A stretch of 64,000 bases of DNA from Alphaproteobacteria bacterium (GTDB lineage Bacteria; Pseudomonadota; Alphaproteobacteria; MPNO01): the NCBI GenBank assembly GCA_964291675.2, contig OZ219865.1:1024001-1088000 (forward strand). The letters are read 5' to 3'. This document shows positions 40,153 to 48,663 of this stretch, piece by piece. A program made the translations under genes and the position numbers. Under the pieces are notes generated by a model. The model saw only the letters and a list, made by a program, of their open reading frames with translations. It did not search any database and was not told the origin of the DNA. Positions within the stretch are counted from its first letter, which is position 1. Each line of letters starts with the position of its first letter.

Positions 40153-40334
40153 GGCGGTTCTCCTCGGCTCATCGGACGGGGCAGGTGGACGGCGATCGGC
40201 GGAATGGCGATCAATAGCGCGAACGGCACGAAGCCGCAGCCGACGAAGCGGACCGCCGCGCGCGCCTCCTCCCACGGCGCGGTTCCCCGCGGCGCCACCG
40301 GCGAGCCCATCGACACCCGACTCGGGGAGGCGGC

Positions 40335-40363
40335 TTGATCGGGAGCGGATGTGCCATTAGATT
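40335..40363 (+). promoter_or_regulatory. sigma70-type promoter upstream of the NYN gene leader
   Basis: TTGATC(40335)-N17-TAGATT(40358). Confidence 0.6.
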
Positions 40364-40369
40364 GACGGC

Positions 40370-40427
40370 AACACCCCTTGCGGTTTCGACCGCAGGGCGC
40401 GGGGCCTCTTCGGAGGCCCTTGCTTTT
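40370..40427 (+). ncRNA. candidate small structured RNA/leader with two UUCG-tetraloop hairpins
   Basis: CCTTGCGGT-TTCG-ACCGCAGGG (40376-40397) and GGGCCTC-TTCG-GAGGCCC (40402-40419) followed by TTGCTTTT. Confidence 0.6.
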
Positions 40428-40439
40428 GCATGGTCTTCG

Positions 40440-41064
40440 ATGCGCACCTTCGTCTACGTGGGCGGCTTCAACCTCTACTACGGCGCGCTGAAAGGGACGC
40501 CGTGGAAATGGCTCGACCTGGTGACCCTTTTCACCAGGGTGCTTCAGCCTCGGCACCGGATCCAGGCGGTGAAGTATTTTACCGCGCGCGTGTCGGGGAC
40601 GCCCGCCGACCCCTCGAAACCGCAGCGCCAGGACGTCTATCTGCGCGCACTCGGGCGCTACCGGCCCGAGATCGAGGTGTATTTCGGGCATTTTCTGAGA
40701 CACAAGGTCCGCGCGCCGCTGGCGCAACCGGCGGGAAACCAGCGCACGGTCGAAGTGGTCAGGACGGAGGAGAAGGGCTCCGATGTCAATCTCGCCGTGC
40801 ATCTGCTGAACGATGGCTGGCTCGATGCCTATGACTGCGGCGTGGTGGTGAGCAACGACAGCGACATCGCGGAGGCCATGCGGCTGGTGCGCCGGCATTG
40901 CGGTAAGCGGATCGGGTTGGTGACGCCCGGGGACGGGAAGGCCGTCCCGGCAACTCATGGCGCACGCGGATTTCTCGCGGCATATCAGGGCCAACGGATT
41001 GCGGCATTCGCAGCTCCCGGACCCCATCCCGGGAACCAATTTGAGGAAGCCTGCGGGTTGGTAG
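40440..41064 (+). pseudogene. NYN/LabA-DUF88 PIN-fold nuclease, frameshifted and with a D-to-G change in the first catalytic motif
   Basis: YVGGFNLYYG (family YVDGFNLY), EEKGSDVNLA, VSNDSD; an extra G near 40930 shifts the frame that would read PSRQLMAHADF...SQLPDPIPGTNLRKPAGW*. Confidence 0.85.
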
Positions 41065-41210
41065 CGAACTCGCCTGGATGGGTCGCGATGCAGGTCCGCT
41101 GGAACATGCAGGCCGGAGGCCGGGCGGTCAGGGCACCGGGGGCTGCCGGTTAGTCGGTGAAAGCGCCGGGAATTCGGGTTACGCTCGATCCGTCCAGCAG
41201 GGAGCCAGCC

Positions 41211-41720
41211 ATGCAGCAGATGCCGATCGCCGATTTGCAGGCCGTCGCCGACGAGCTCGCCGCCTCGGGCGAGCGGGTGCGGGTGCTGTGGCAGGAGGAG
41301 CAGTCGCTCGCCTTCGTCGCCCGCGGGCGCGAGTACCGCAGCGAGTTCCACATCGACCCGGCCGACGAGGTGATGCTGATGATCCGGGGCGACATGAAGC
41401 TCCACTACCTGACGCCGGAGGGGAAGGAGGAGGTCGCCGAGCTGGCCGAGGGGGCGACGATCTATACCCCGGCCGGGGTGCCGCATTCGCCGCGCTTCCC
41501 GCCGGATGCCTTCGTGCTGGTGATCGAGCGCAAGCGGCGCGACGGCGAGACCGACCGCTTCCAGTGGTATTGCGAGGCCTGCAAGGCGCTGCTCCACGAG
41601 GAGGCGTTCACGGTCAGCGACTACAATCTCGATCCGGTCTCGAAGGCTTATGCCAGGTTCTTCGATTCGGAGGCGGCGCGGACCTGCGCCGAGTGTGGCA
41701 CGGTGATGCCGCGCCCCTGA
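41211..41720 (+). CDS. 3-hydroxyanthranilate 3,4-dioxygenase-like protein
   Basis: RSEFHIDPADE, PAGVPHSPR, LVIERKR, WYCEAC...RTCAECG rubredoxin-like site. Confidence 0.85.
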   Translation: MQQMPIADLQAVADELAASGERVRVLWQEEQSLAFVARGREYRSEFHIDPADEVMLMIRGDMKLHYLTPEGKEEVAELAEGATIYTPAGVPHSPRFPPDAFVLVIERKRRDGETDRFQWYCEACKALLHEEAFTVSDYNLDPVSKAYARFFDSEAARTCAECGTVMPRP

Positions 41721-41743
41721 CGCGCAACCGGGAAAGGACAGCG

Positions 41744-42148
41744 ATGCCCAAGCAGATCGTCACCTCGGCGCACTCGCCGACCACCGGGTTCACCGACCGG
41801 GCCACCCCCTCGCCGCTCGCCCAGGCGGTCCGTTTCGGCAACATGCTGTTCGTCTCGGGCCAGGGCGCGCTCGACCCGGAGACCCGCGAGGTCGTCTCCG
41901 ACGACATCGCCGAGCAGACGCGTCAGACGCTGACCAATCTGCGGAACGTGCTGGCGGCGGCGGGGGCGGATTTCACCAACGTCGTCAACATGCGCGTCTG
42001 CCTGCGCGACGTGGCCGATTTCCAGGCCTTCAACCGGGCCTTTACCGAGTTCATGCAGGGCGAGAAGGTCTCCCGCACCTGCATCGGCGGGACGCCCCAC
42101 CGCCAGGGCGTCAATGTCGAGATCGACTGCGTCGCGATGTTCGACTGA
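41744..42148 (+). CDS. RidA family deaminase (2-aminomuconate deaminase-like by context)
   Basis: AQAVRFGNMLFVSGQ, QTRQTLTNL, SRTCIG, NVEIDCVA. Confidence 0.88.
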   Translation: MPKQIVTSAHSPTTGFTDRATPSPLAQAVRFGNMLFVSGQGALDPETREVVSDDIAEQTRQTLTNLRNVLAAAGADFTNVVNMRVCLRDVADFQAFNRAFTEFMQGEKVSRTCIGGTPHRQGVNVEIDCVAMFD

Positions 42149-42154
42149 CGGGCG

Positions 42155-42266
42155 CCCTTCGATACGCCCCGGATCAGGTCCGGGGCTACTCAGGGTGAGG
42201 GATCGTTGTGGATGGCAAACCAGAACCCTCATCCTGAGTAGCCCCCGAAGGGGGCGTATCGAAGGA
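42155..42266. repeat. inverted repeat doublet (third REP-like family) between convergent genes
   Basis: CCTTCGATACGCCCC..GGGGCTACTCAGGGTGAGGG / CCCTCATCCTGAGTAGCCCC..GGGGCGTATCGAAGG. Confidence 0.85.
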
Positions 42267-42270
42267 CAGC

Positions 42271-42699
42271 CTAGCCGTCGAAGCGCCGGGTGCCGGGGAG
42301 CGCGGCGAGGCCGGCATTGGCGACCTCGAGGTCCTCGTGGCCGGCGCCCGAGCCGACGCCGATGCCGCCCACCAGGTGGCCGTCGACGACGATCGGGAGC
42401 CCGCCCGGCAGGTTGACCCGCTTGCCCTGGGTGGCGATGGCGAGCTTGAGGTCGACGCCTTCGGCGATATGCCCGGTGGGCTCGCCGTAGGAGGCCGCCG
42501 TCATCGCCTTCATCAGCGAGGAGTCGATCGACAGCACGAACGCCCCGTCCATGCGCGCGAAGGCGAGCAGGTGGCCGCCGGCGTCGACGATGGAGATGCA
42601 TTGCGGCACCCCCATCTCGTCCGCCTTGGCCATCGCCGCGTTGAGGATCGTCATCGCCCCCTCGTTGGTGAGCCGGAGGGCCGGCGCGGTTTCAGCCAT
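42271..42699 (-). CDS. GlcG/HbpS family heme-binding protein
   Basis: ISIVDAGGHLLAFARMDGA, KAMTAAS, GGLPIVVDG, GGIGVGSG. Confidence 0.9.
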   Translation of the reverse strand: MAETAPALRLTNEGAMTILNAAMAKADEMGVPQCISIVDAGGHLLAFARMDGAFVLSIDSSLMKAMTAASYGEPTGHIAEGVDLKLAIATQGKRVNLPGGLPIVVDGHLVGGIGVGSGAGHEDLEVANAGLAALPGTRRFDG

Positions 42700-42809
42700 G
42701 CGAATTTCCCCAAAAATGCGTTTCCGTCCGGGCGGGAGGGTAGCACAGCCGGCTTGCCGCGGGGCACCGGGCCGATAGACTGGCGCGGCGACGGACGGGA
42801 GACGGCGGC

Positions 42810-43493
42810 ATGGCGCGCGATTTCGAGGATCACTGCTGGAAGGACATCGTTCCGCCGGAGGTGCTCAGGGTCTACGAATGCTATCGCCGCGAGCTCCGCA
42901 TCGGCACGCGGCCGGCACTGCTGGCGGTCGACCTCTACGACCTGGTCTATCGCGGCGGGCCGCACCCGCCGCACGAGCTGCTGGAATACCCCAACACCTG
43001 CGGGATGTACGCGTGGGCGGCGATCGAGCCGACCAGGGCGCTGTTCGCCGCCTGCCGGGCGGCCGGCCTGCCGGTGCTCTACGTGACCGGCTCGACGCGC
43101 AAGTCGCGGGTGCAGTCGACCAAGCGCCGGAGGCGCGACCGCATCGGCCCCGACGCCTACGAGATCTTCGAGGCGTTCACGCCGGAGGACGGCGATGCGG
43201 TGTTCCGCAAGGAGCGCGCGAGCGCCTTCGCCGGCACGCCGCTGGCCGCCCATCTCAACGAGCTCGACGCGAACAGCCTCATCGTCTGCGGCGAGAGCAC
43301 GTCGGGCTGCGTCCGCGCCTCGGTGGTCGATGCCTACTCGGCCGGGTTCCACGTCACCGTCGTCGAGGAATGCGTGTTCGACCGGAGCGAGCTGTCGCAC
43401 AAGGTCAACCTGTTCGACATGCACCACAAATACGCCGATGTGATGGTTCTCGAAGAGGTGCTCGACCACCTCGACCTGCGGCGCGCCGCCTGA
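42810..43493 (+). CDS. isochorismatase-family cysteine hydrolase
   Basis: PALLAVDL, KERASAFAGT, GESTSGCVRASVVDA. Confidence 0.9.
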   Translation: MARDFEDHCWKDIVPPEVLRVYECYRRELRIGTRPALLAVDLYDLVYRGGPHPPHELLEYPNTCGMYAWAAIEPTRALFAACRAAGLPVLYVTGSTRKSRVQSTKRRRRDRIGPDAYEIFEAFTPEDGDAVFRKERASAFAGTPLAAHLNELDANSLIVCGESTSGCVRASVVDAYSAGFHVTVVEECVFDRSELSHKVNLFDMHHKYADVMVLEEVLDHLDLRRAA

Positions 43494-43546
43494 TCCCTCG
43501 ATGTAGTGCCCGCCGCGCCTACTCCGAACGAGGACATGTTGCGAAC

Positions 43547-43777
43547 ATGGCAACGACGATCCGGATCCGAAACGTTCCCGACGAGCTGCACCGCGAGCTC
43601 AAGGCGCGCGCGGCGCTGGCCGGCCTGTCGCTGTCCGACTTCCTGCTCGCCGAAATCCGCGAGGTCGCGGCGCGCCCGACCGTCGACGAACTCCGCCAAC
43701 GCATCGCGCGCCGCGGGGTCGTCGCGCCCTCCGTGCCGCCCGCCGAGGCAGTCCGGCAAGAACGCGAAACCCGGTGA
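43547..43777 (+). CDS. FitA-like ribbon-helix-helix antitoxin
   Basis: MATTIRIRNVPDELHRELKARAALAGLSLSDFL. Confidence 0.85.
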   Translation: MATTIRIRNVPDELHRELKARAALAGLSLSDFLLAEIREVAARPTVDELRQRIARRGVVAPSVPPAEAVRQERETR

Positions 43778-43863
43778 TCGTCGTCGACACCTCCGCCCTT
43801 GTCGAACTGCTCCTGCCCACTGAGGGTGGGCGGTGCCCAAGACCGTCTCCTCGTCCCGAGTAG
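43774..43863 (+). pseudogene. truncated VapC/PIN toxin remnant
   Basis: GTGA overlap with the antitoxin; VIVVDTSALVELLL, then a stop after 29 residues. Confidence 0.8.
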
Positions 43864-43866
43864 GCG

Positions 43867-44712
43867 CTACGGCGTATTGATCGCCCGCGCCACGTCGCCC
43901 ACCGCCTCGATGCCGCCGTCCACGCCGAAGAAGCAGACGATCCGGCACGGGCAGGCCTCCAGCCCCTCGTAGCGCCACGGGAAGGCGCCGATCACGCAGC
44001 GCTGGTTGAGCACCCGCTCGATGTCGCCGCCGACATTCTCGGCGTGGATCAGCCCCTCCTGGAAGGCGTAGGAATGGAACGGGAAGATGTCCGCCTTCAC
44101 CTTCCGTCCGGACAGGCTGTGGGTGTACTCGTACTCGCCGAAGAACTCGCGGCAGCTCATGCCGACCCGGTTCTCGAACTCCTCGGTGAGGTCGGGGCGC
44201 ATGTAGCGGATCGAGGTGTTCATCGCGTGGTCGCCCGACCCGCAGTCGATGCCGAACCACTTGATCTTCTTGTCCAGCATCCATTGCAGCAGGGCGAAAT
44301 TGCCGCCCGGATGCAGGCAGAAATAGCGCACCAGGTCCTGCTGCGGCCGGCCCTCGTAGTATCGGTGATAGCCGGTGTGGACGATCAGGATGTCGCCCTC
44401 TTTGATCTCGACATCGGCGCTCTCCATCATCTCGGGCGTGATGACGGCCCAGTCCTCCATGTGCTCGGAGACGTCGACCACGCAGCCCGGGCTGACCAGG
44501 TAGTCGAGCGGATAGGAGGCCATGTCGCCCTTGGCGTCGGTGGCGTGCATGGCGCCGTCGAGATGGGTGCCGACATGCAGCGCGGTGTCGATCCGCTGGG
44601 CGACGATCGCCTTGGTCTGCAGGTTCTGGGCGTAGTACATATTGTTGCCGGCATAGCCGACCCAGCCCGGCGTGTGCAGGTTCATCATGTGCGACAGGTC
44701 GACCATCCTCAT
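43867..44712 (-). CDS. cyclase family metal-dependent hydrolase (kynurenine formamidase-like)
   Basis: MVDLSH, HVGTHLDG, GIDCGSGDH, HAENVGG. Confidence 0.88.
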   Translation of the reverse strand: MRMVDLSHMMNLHTPGWVGYAGNNMYYAQNLQTKAIVAQRIDTALHVGTHLDGAMHATDAKGDMASYPLDYLVSPGCVVDVSEHMEDWAVITPEMMESADVEIKEGDILIVHTGYHRYYEGRPQQDLVRYFCLHPGGNFALLQWMLDKKIKWFGIDCGSGDHAMNTSIRYMRPDLTEEFENRVGMSCREFFGEYEYTHSLSGRKVKADIFPFHSYAFQEGLIHAENVGGDIERVLNQRCVIGAFPWRYEGLEACPCRIVCFFGVDGGIEAVGDVARAINTP

Positions 44713-44815
44713 GGCTTGCCTCCTCGGCCTCGATTGGCGCGGCTGACCGCGGCTTGCTATCGTCGGCCCGCATGAGACAGCGTTTGCACATGCCCGCGCA
44801 AGCCGCCGGCGCCCC

Positions 44816-47089
44816 GTGAGCCGGATCGGCGAGAGCGTAACCCGTCTGGAGGACGGGCCGCTGCTGACCGGGAGCGGACGCTTCGCGGACGACTACAATT
44901 TTCCGGGCCAGCTCCACATGCGGGTGGTGCGCGCGCCGGCCGCGCATGGCCGGATCGCGGCGATCCGCACCGAACAGGCTCTGGCGATGGCGGGCGTCGT
45001 CGCCGTCTGGACCGGCGCGGACGTAGCCGACATCCCGCCCATCGACTTCCGCCTCTCCCGGGTGGCGGGGCTCGAACCCTACCGGCAGCCGGTGCTGGCG
45101 CAGGGGATCGTGCGCTATGTCGGCGAGCCGGTCGCGCTGGTCTTCGCCGAGCAACGCTACATCGCCGAGGACGCCGCGGAGGCGGTGCTGGTGGAGGTCG
45201 ATTCGGAGCCGCCCTATCTCGACTGCACCGCGGCCCCGCCGCCATTCCTTCCCGGGCTCGACTGCGAGGCGGCGCTGGTGGAGAAGTACTATGGCGACCT
45301 CGACGCCGCCTTCGCCGCCGCCGACCACATACTGGAGCTCGAATTCGCCGTCGGCCGGCATAGCGGGGTGCCGATCGAGACGCGCGGCGCGCTCGCCCTC
45401 TACAACGCCGAACGGCGGCGGACCGAGCTCTACGGCGCGGCCAAGGTGCCGCATTACAACCGCAACGCCATCGCCGCCATGCTGGGGCTCGGGCGCACCG
45501 AGCTGGAGCTCTTCGAGGGCCATGTCGGCGGCGGGTTCGGCATGCGCGGCGAGCTCTACCCGGAGGACGTGCTGGTCTGCATCGCCGCGACCCGGCTCGC
45601 ACGCCCCGTCAAGTGGATCGAGGACCGGCGCGAGAACCTGCTCGCGCTCAACCACTCGCGCGACCAGGTGCACCGCGTCCGCGCCGCCGTCGACGAGCGC
45701 GGCTTCGTGCTCGGGCTCGACGACGAGATATTTTCCGACCAGGGCGCCTATGTGCGGAGCCACGGCGTGACGGTGGTCGACCTCGCCACGGCGATGCTGC
45801 CGGGCCCCTATCTGGTCCCGGCCTACCGCGCCCGCGCGCATGTCCGGCTGACCAACAAGACGCCGGCCGGCACCTACCGCGCGCCGGGGCGCTACGAATC
45901 GACCTTCGCGCGCGAGCGTCTGCTCGACGCGGTGGCCGAGCGGGTGGGCATCGACCGCATCGAGGTCAGGCGGCGCAACCTGATCCCGGCCGACCGGATG
46001 CCCTATTCGCGCTACTTCCAGGCGATGGAGACCCCGGTGCTGCTCGATTCGGGGGTTTACGAGGACCTGCTGGACCGGCTGCTGGAGGGCGTCGACTACC
46101 CGGCGCTCCAGGCGGAGATCGCCCGGCGCCGCGAGGCCGGGGCGTGCGTCGGTCTCGGGCTCGGCTATTTCGTGGAGAAGAGCGGGCTCGGCCCGTTCGA
46201 CGACGTGCGGGTCGAGATCGCGGCCGACGGCGGCATCGAGGTGATCACCGGCGTCGCCTCGGTCGGCCAGGGGGTGGAGACGGCGGTGGCGCAGATCTGC
46301 GCCGGGGCGCTGGGGACGGACTACCGCAGCATCGCCGTCACCCACGGCCAGACCGACCGGATCGAGCGCGGCATGGGCGCCTTCGCCTCGCGGGTGACGG
46401 TGATGACCGGCATGGCGACCCATCTCGCGGCGACCCGCCTGAAGGATGCGCTGCGCCCGGTCGCCGCCCGCCTGCTCCAGTCGGGCGAGCACGGGATCGC
46501 CTTCGCCGAAGGCATGGTGCGCGCCGGCGGCGACGGCCCCTCGGCGCCGCTCGGCGCGGTGGCGGCGGCGCTCGCCGAGGAGCAGGGGAACGCGCGCGCC
46601 ACCGCCGAGGCGACCTTCGAGGTCGAGCACATGACCTACCCCTACGGCATCCACCTGGTCGTGCTCGCCATCGACCGCGAGACCTGCGGCATCGAGATCG
46701 AACGCTTCGCGGTCGCTTTCGACATCGGCCGCGCGGTCAACCCGATGCTGGTCGAGGGGCAGATCCACGGCGGCGCGGCGCAGGGGCTCGGCGGGGCGCT
46801 CTACGAGGAGTTCCTCTACGACGAATCGGGCCAGCCGCTGTCGGCGAGCTTCGTCGACTACCTGATCCCGGGCTCGGAGGAGATCCCGCGCATCGATTCG
46901 CTGGTCCGCGAGGACGCGCCGTCGGGCACCAACCCGCTCGGCCTCAAGGGGGCGGGCGAGGCCGGCATCAACGGCGCCGGCGCGGCGGTGGCGGCGGCGA
47001 TCGACGATGCCATCGGGCGCCCCGGCGCGATCGACCGCCTGCCGGTGACGCCGGCGCGGCTCTACGCATTGCTCAACGAGGAGGCTTGA
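44816..47089 (+). CDS. xanthine dehydrogenase/CoxL family molybdopterin-binding subunit
   Basis: RLEDGPLLTGSGRFADD, VGGGFGMRGE, TYRAPGRYE, GAFASR, GLKGAGEAG. Confidence 0.92.
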   Translation: MSRIGESVTRLEDGPLLTGSGRFADDYNFPGQLHMRVVRAPAAHGRIAAIRTEQALAMAGVVAVWTGADVADIPPIDFRLSRVAGLEPYRQPVLAQGIVRYVGEPVALVFAEQRYIAEDAAEAVLVEVDSEPPYLDCTAAPPPFLPGLDCEAALVEKYYGDLDAAFAAADHILELEFAVGRHSGVPIETRGALALYNAERRRTELYGAAKVPHYNRNAIAAMLGLGRTELELFEGHVGGGFGMRGELYPEDVLVCIAATRLARPVKWIEDRRENLLALNHSRDQVHRVRAAVDERGFVLGLDDEIFSDQGAYVRSHGVTVVDLATAMLPGPYLVPAYRARAHVRLTNKTPAGTYRAPGRYESTFARERLLDAVAERVGIDRIEVRRRNLIPADRMPYSRYFQAMETPVLLDSGVYEDLLDRLLEGVDYPALQAEIARRREAGACVGLGLGYFVEKSGLGPFDDVRVEIAADGGIEVITGVASVGQGVETAVAQICAGALGTDYRSIAVTHGQTDRIERGMGAFASRVTVMTGMATHLAATRLKDALRPVAARLLQSGEHGIAFAEGMVRAGGDGPSAPLGAVAAALAEEQGNARATAEATFEVEHMTYPYGIHLVVLAIDRETCGIEIERFAVAFDIGRAVNPMLVEGQIHGGAAQGLGGALYEEFLYDESGQPLSASFVDYLIPGSEEIPRIDSLVREDAPSGTNPLGLKGAGEAGINGAGAAVAAAIDDAIGRPGAIDRLPVTPARLYALLNEEA

Positions 47090-47848
47090 ATGGGACGGCT
47101 CGACGGCAAGGTCGCCTTCGTCACCGCCGCCGGCGGCGGGATCGCCGGCGCGACGGCCAGGCTCTACGGCGCCGAGGGCGCGGCGGTGGCCTGCCTCGAC
47201 ATCATGGGCGACACGGTCGGGCGGACCGCGGCGGATATCGAGGCGGCGGGCGGCAGGGCGATCGCGCTGACCTGCGACGTGACCGACCCGGACGCGGTCG
47301 CCGCCGCGCTCGCAGACACCGCCGCCGCGTTCGGGCGGATCGACACCGTGTTCGACGCCGCCGCCTATTCCGAGCCCAAGCACACCGTCGCCGACATGCC
47401 GGTGGAGACCTGGAAGGCGGTGATCGAGGTCAACCTCACCGGCATGTTCATCGTCGCCAAGCTCGCCATCCCGCATCTCAGGGCGGCGGGCGGCGGCACC
47501 GTCGTGCTGGTGTCGTCGATCTACGGCCATATCGGCGCCAGCGAGCGCCCGGCCTATTGCGCCTCCAAGGGCGGGGTCAGGATGCTCGCCAAGGCGATCG
47601 CCATCGACCACGCCGACGACAACATCCGCGCCAACGCGATCCTGCCCGGCCCCATCGAGACCCCGCGGCTGTTGCAGCGCAACGCCTCGATGGACGGCGT
47701 GCGCGAACGCCACGGCGCGCGCCTGTTGCAGCACCGCCTCGGCCAGCCGGACGAGGTGGCGAAGGCCGCGCTCTACCTCGCGAGCGACGAATCCACCTTC
47801 ACATCGGGCGCCGACTTCTTCGTCGACGCGGGCTACACGGCGATCTAG
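47090..47848 (+). CDS. short-chain dehydrogenase/reductase
   Basis: TAAGGGIA, SSIYG, YCASKGG, NAILPGPIET. Confidence 0.92.
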   Translation: MGRLDGKVAFVTAAGGGIAGATARLYGAEGAAVACLDIMGDTVGRTAADIEAAGGRAIALTCDVTDPDAVAAALADTAAAFGRIDTVFDAAAYSEPKHTVADMPVETWKAVIEVNLTGMFIVAKLAIPHLRAAGGGTVVLVSSIYGHIGASERPAYCASKGGVRMLAKAIAIDHADDNIRANAILPGPIETPRLLQRNASMDGVRERHGARLLQHRLGQPDEVAKAALYLASDESTFTSGADFFVDAGYTAI

Positions 47849-47862
47849 GGGACGGTTTGGAC

Positions 47863-48651
47863 ATGAACGATCATCTGAGGGACCTGATCGAGGCGAGCGC
47901 GCCGCTCTGGGCCGGCGAGGCCGAGGTGGTGCGGACCTATTTCGACTCGCCCGCGCGCAGCGCCGAGACCGACCGCGTCTGGCTCAAGCGGCAGTGCTTC
48001 AAGGAGTTTTACGGCTCGGGATACGGCGAGCCGGAGCACGGCATGCTGGTCGAATGGGGCCGCGAGATCATCGCGCTGCGCCCGGAGCTCGATAACGGGC
48101 TCGACCGCCACGAGCTGCTGGAGCTGGTCGAGGCGCATTACGCCGAGTACCACCATTACTGCCTGTTCGCCGACATATACGACGAGCTCGGCCCGCCCGG
48201 CGCGCCGCCGCTCGCCCCGCTGATGTGCGAGAACTGGGCCGAGGGAAAGGCGCTCGACGACTTCCGCCACGCGATGCGCAAGACCCATGGCGCGTTCGGC
48301 CAGGCGGCGATGGATTTCACCGAGGGCGGCTACTGCACGCTCTATTCGGAGGGCGCCAAGCTCGCCGGGCGCGGCGGGGTCGACGACCGGATCGCGGCGG
48401 CATGCCAGCGGGTCTATGACGACGAGGTCGACCACATGCTGAGGGGCGTGGTCGGGCTCGGCGACCTCGCGCCGGAGACCGCCGACTGGGAGCTCGCCGG
48501 CGAGCTGGTCGCCGGCCAGCTGCGCCGCCGCATCCACATGCGCAACGGCCAGTTCGGCCACCCGGTCTCCGAGCGCCGCATCGAGGAGATCTTTGCCGGC
48601 GACATCGAGCCGATCGCCTTCGACTATTCCCTCGCCGACAGGGCGGCCTGA
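47863..48651 (+). CDS. ferritin-like (diiron carboxylate) hypothetical protein
   Basis: Helical protein with KE..., AEYHH, TEGG and DDEVDH, i.e. paired ExxH motifs. Confidence 0.7.
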   Translation: MNDHLRDLIEASAPLWAGEAEVVRTYFDSPARSAETDRVWLKRQCFKEFYGSGYGEPEHGMLVEWGREIIALRPELDNGLDRHELLELVEAHYAEYHHYCLFADIYDELGPPGAPPLAPLMCENWAEGKALDDFRHAMRKTHGAFGQAAMDFTEGGYCTLYSEGAKLAGRGGVDDRIAAACQRVYDDEVDHMLRGVVGLGDLAPETADWELAGELVAGQLRRRIHMRNGQFGHPVSERRIEEIFAGDIEPIAFDYSLADRAA

Positions 48652-48663
48652 GGCCCGTCCCCC

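Noticed and set aside
36440-47089. Aerobic CO dehydrogenase (form I or II)
   Set aside because: Neither large subunit has AYxCSFR or AYxGAGR, and coxM/coxS are absent.
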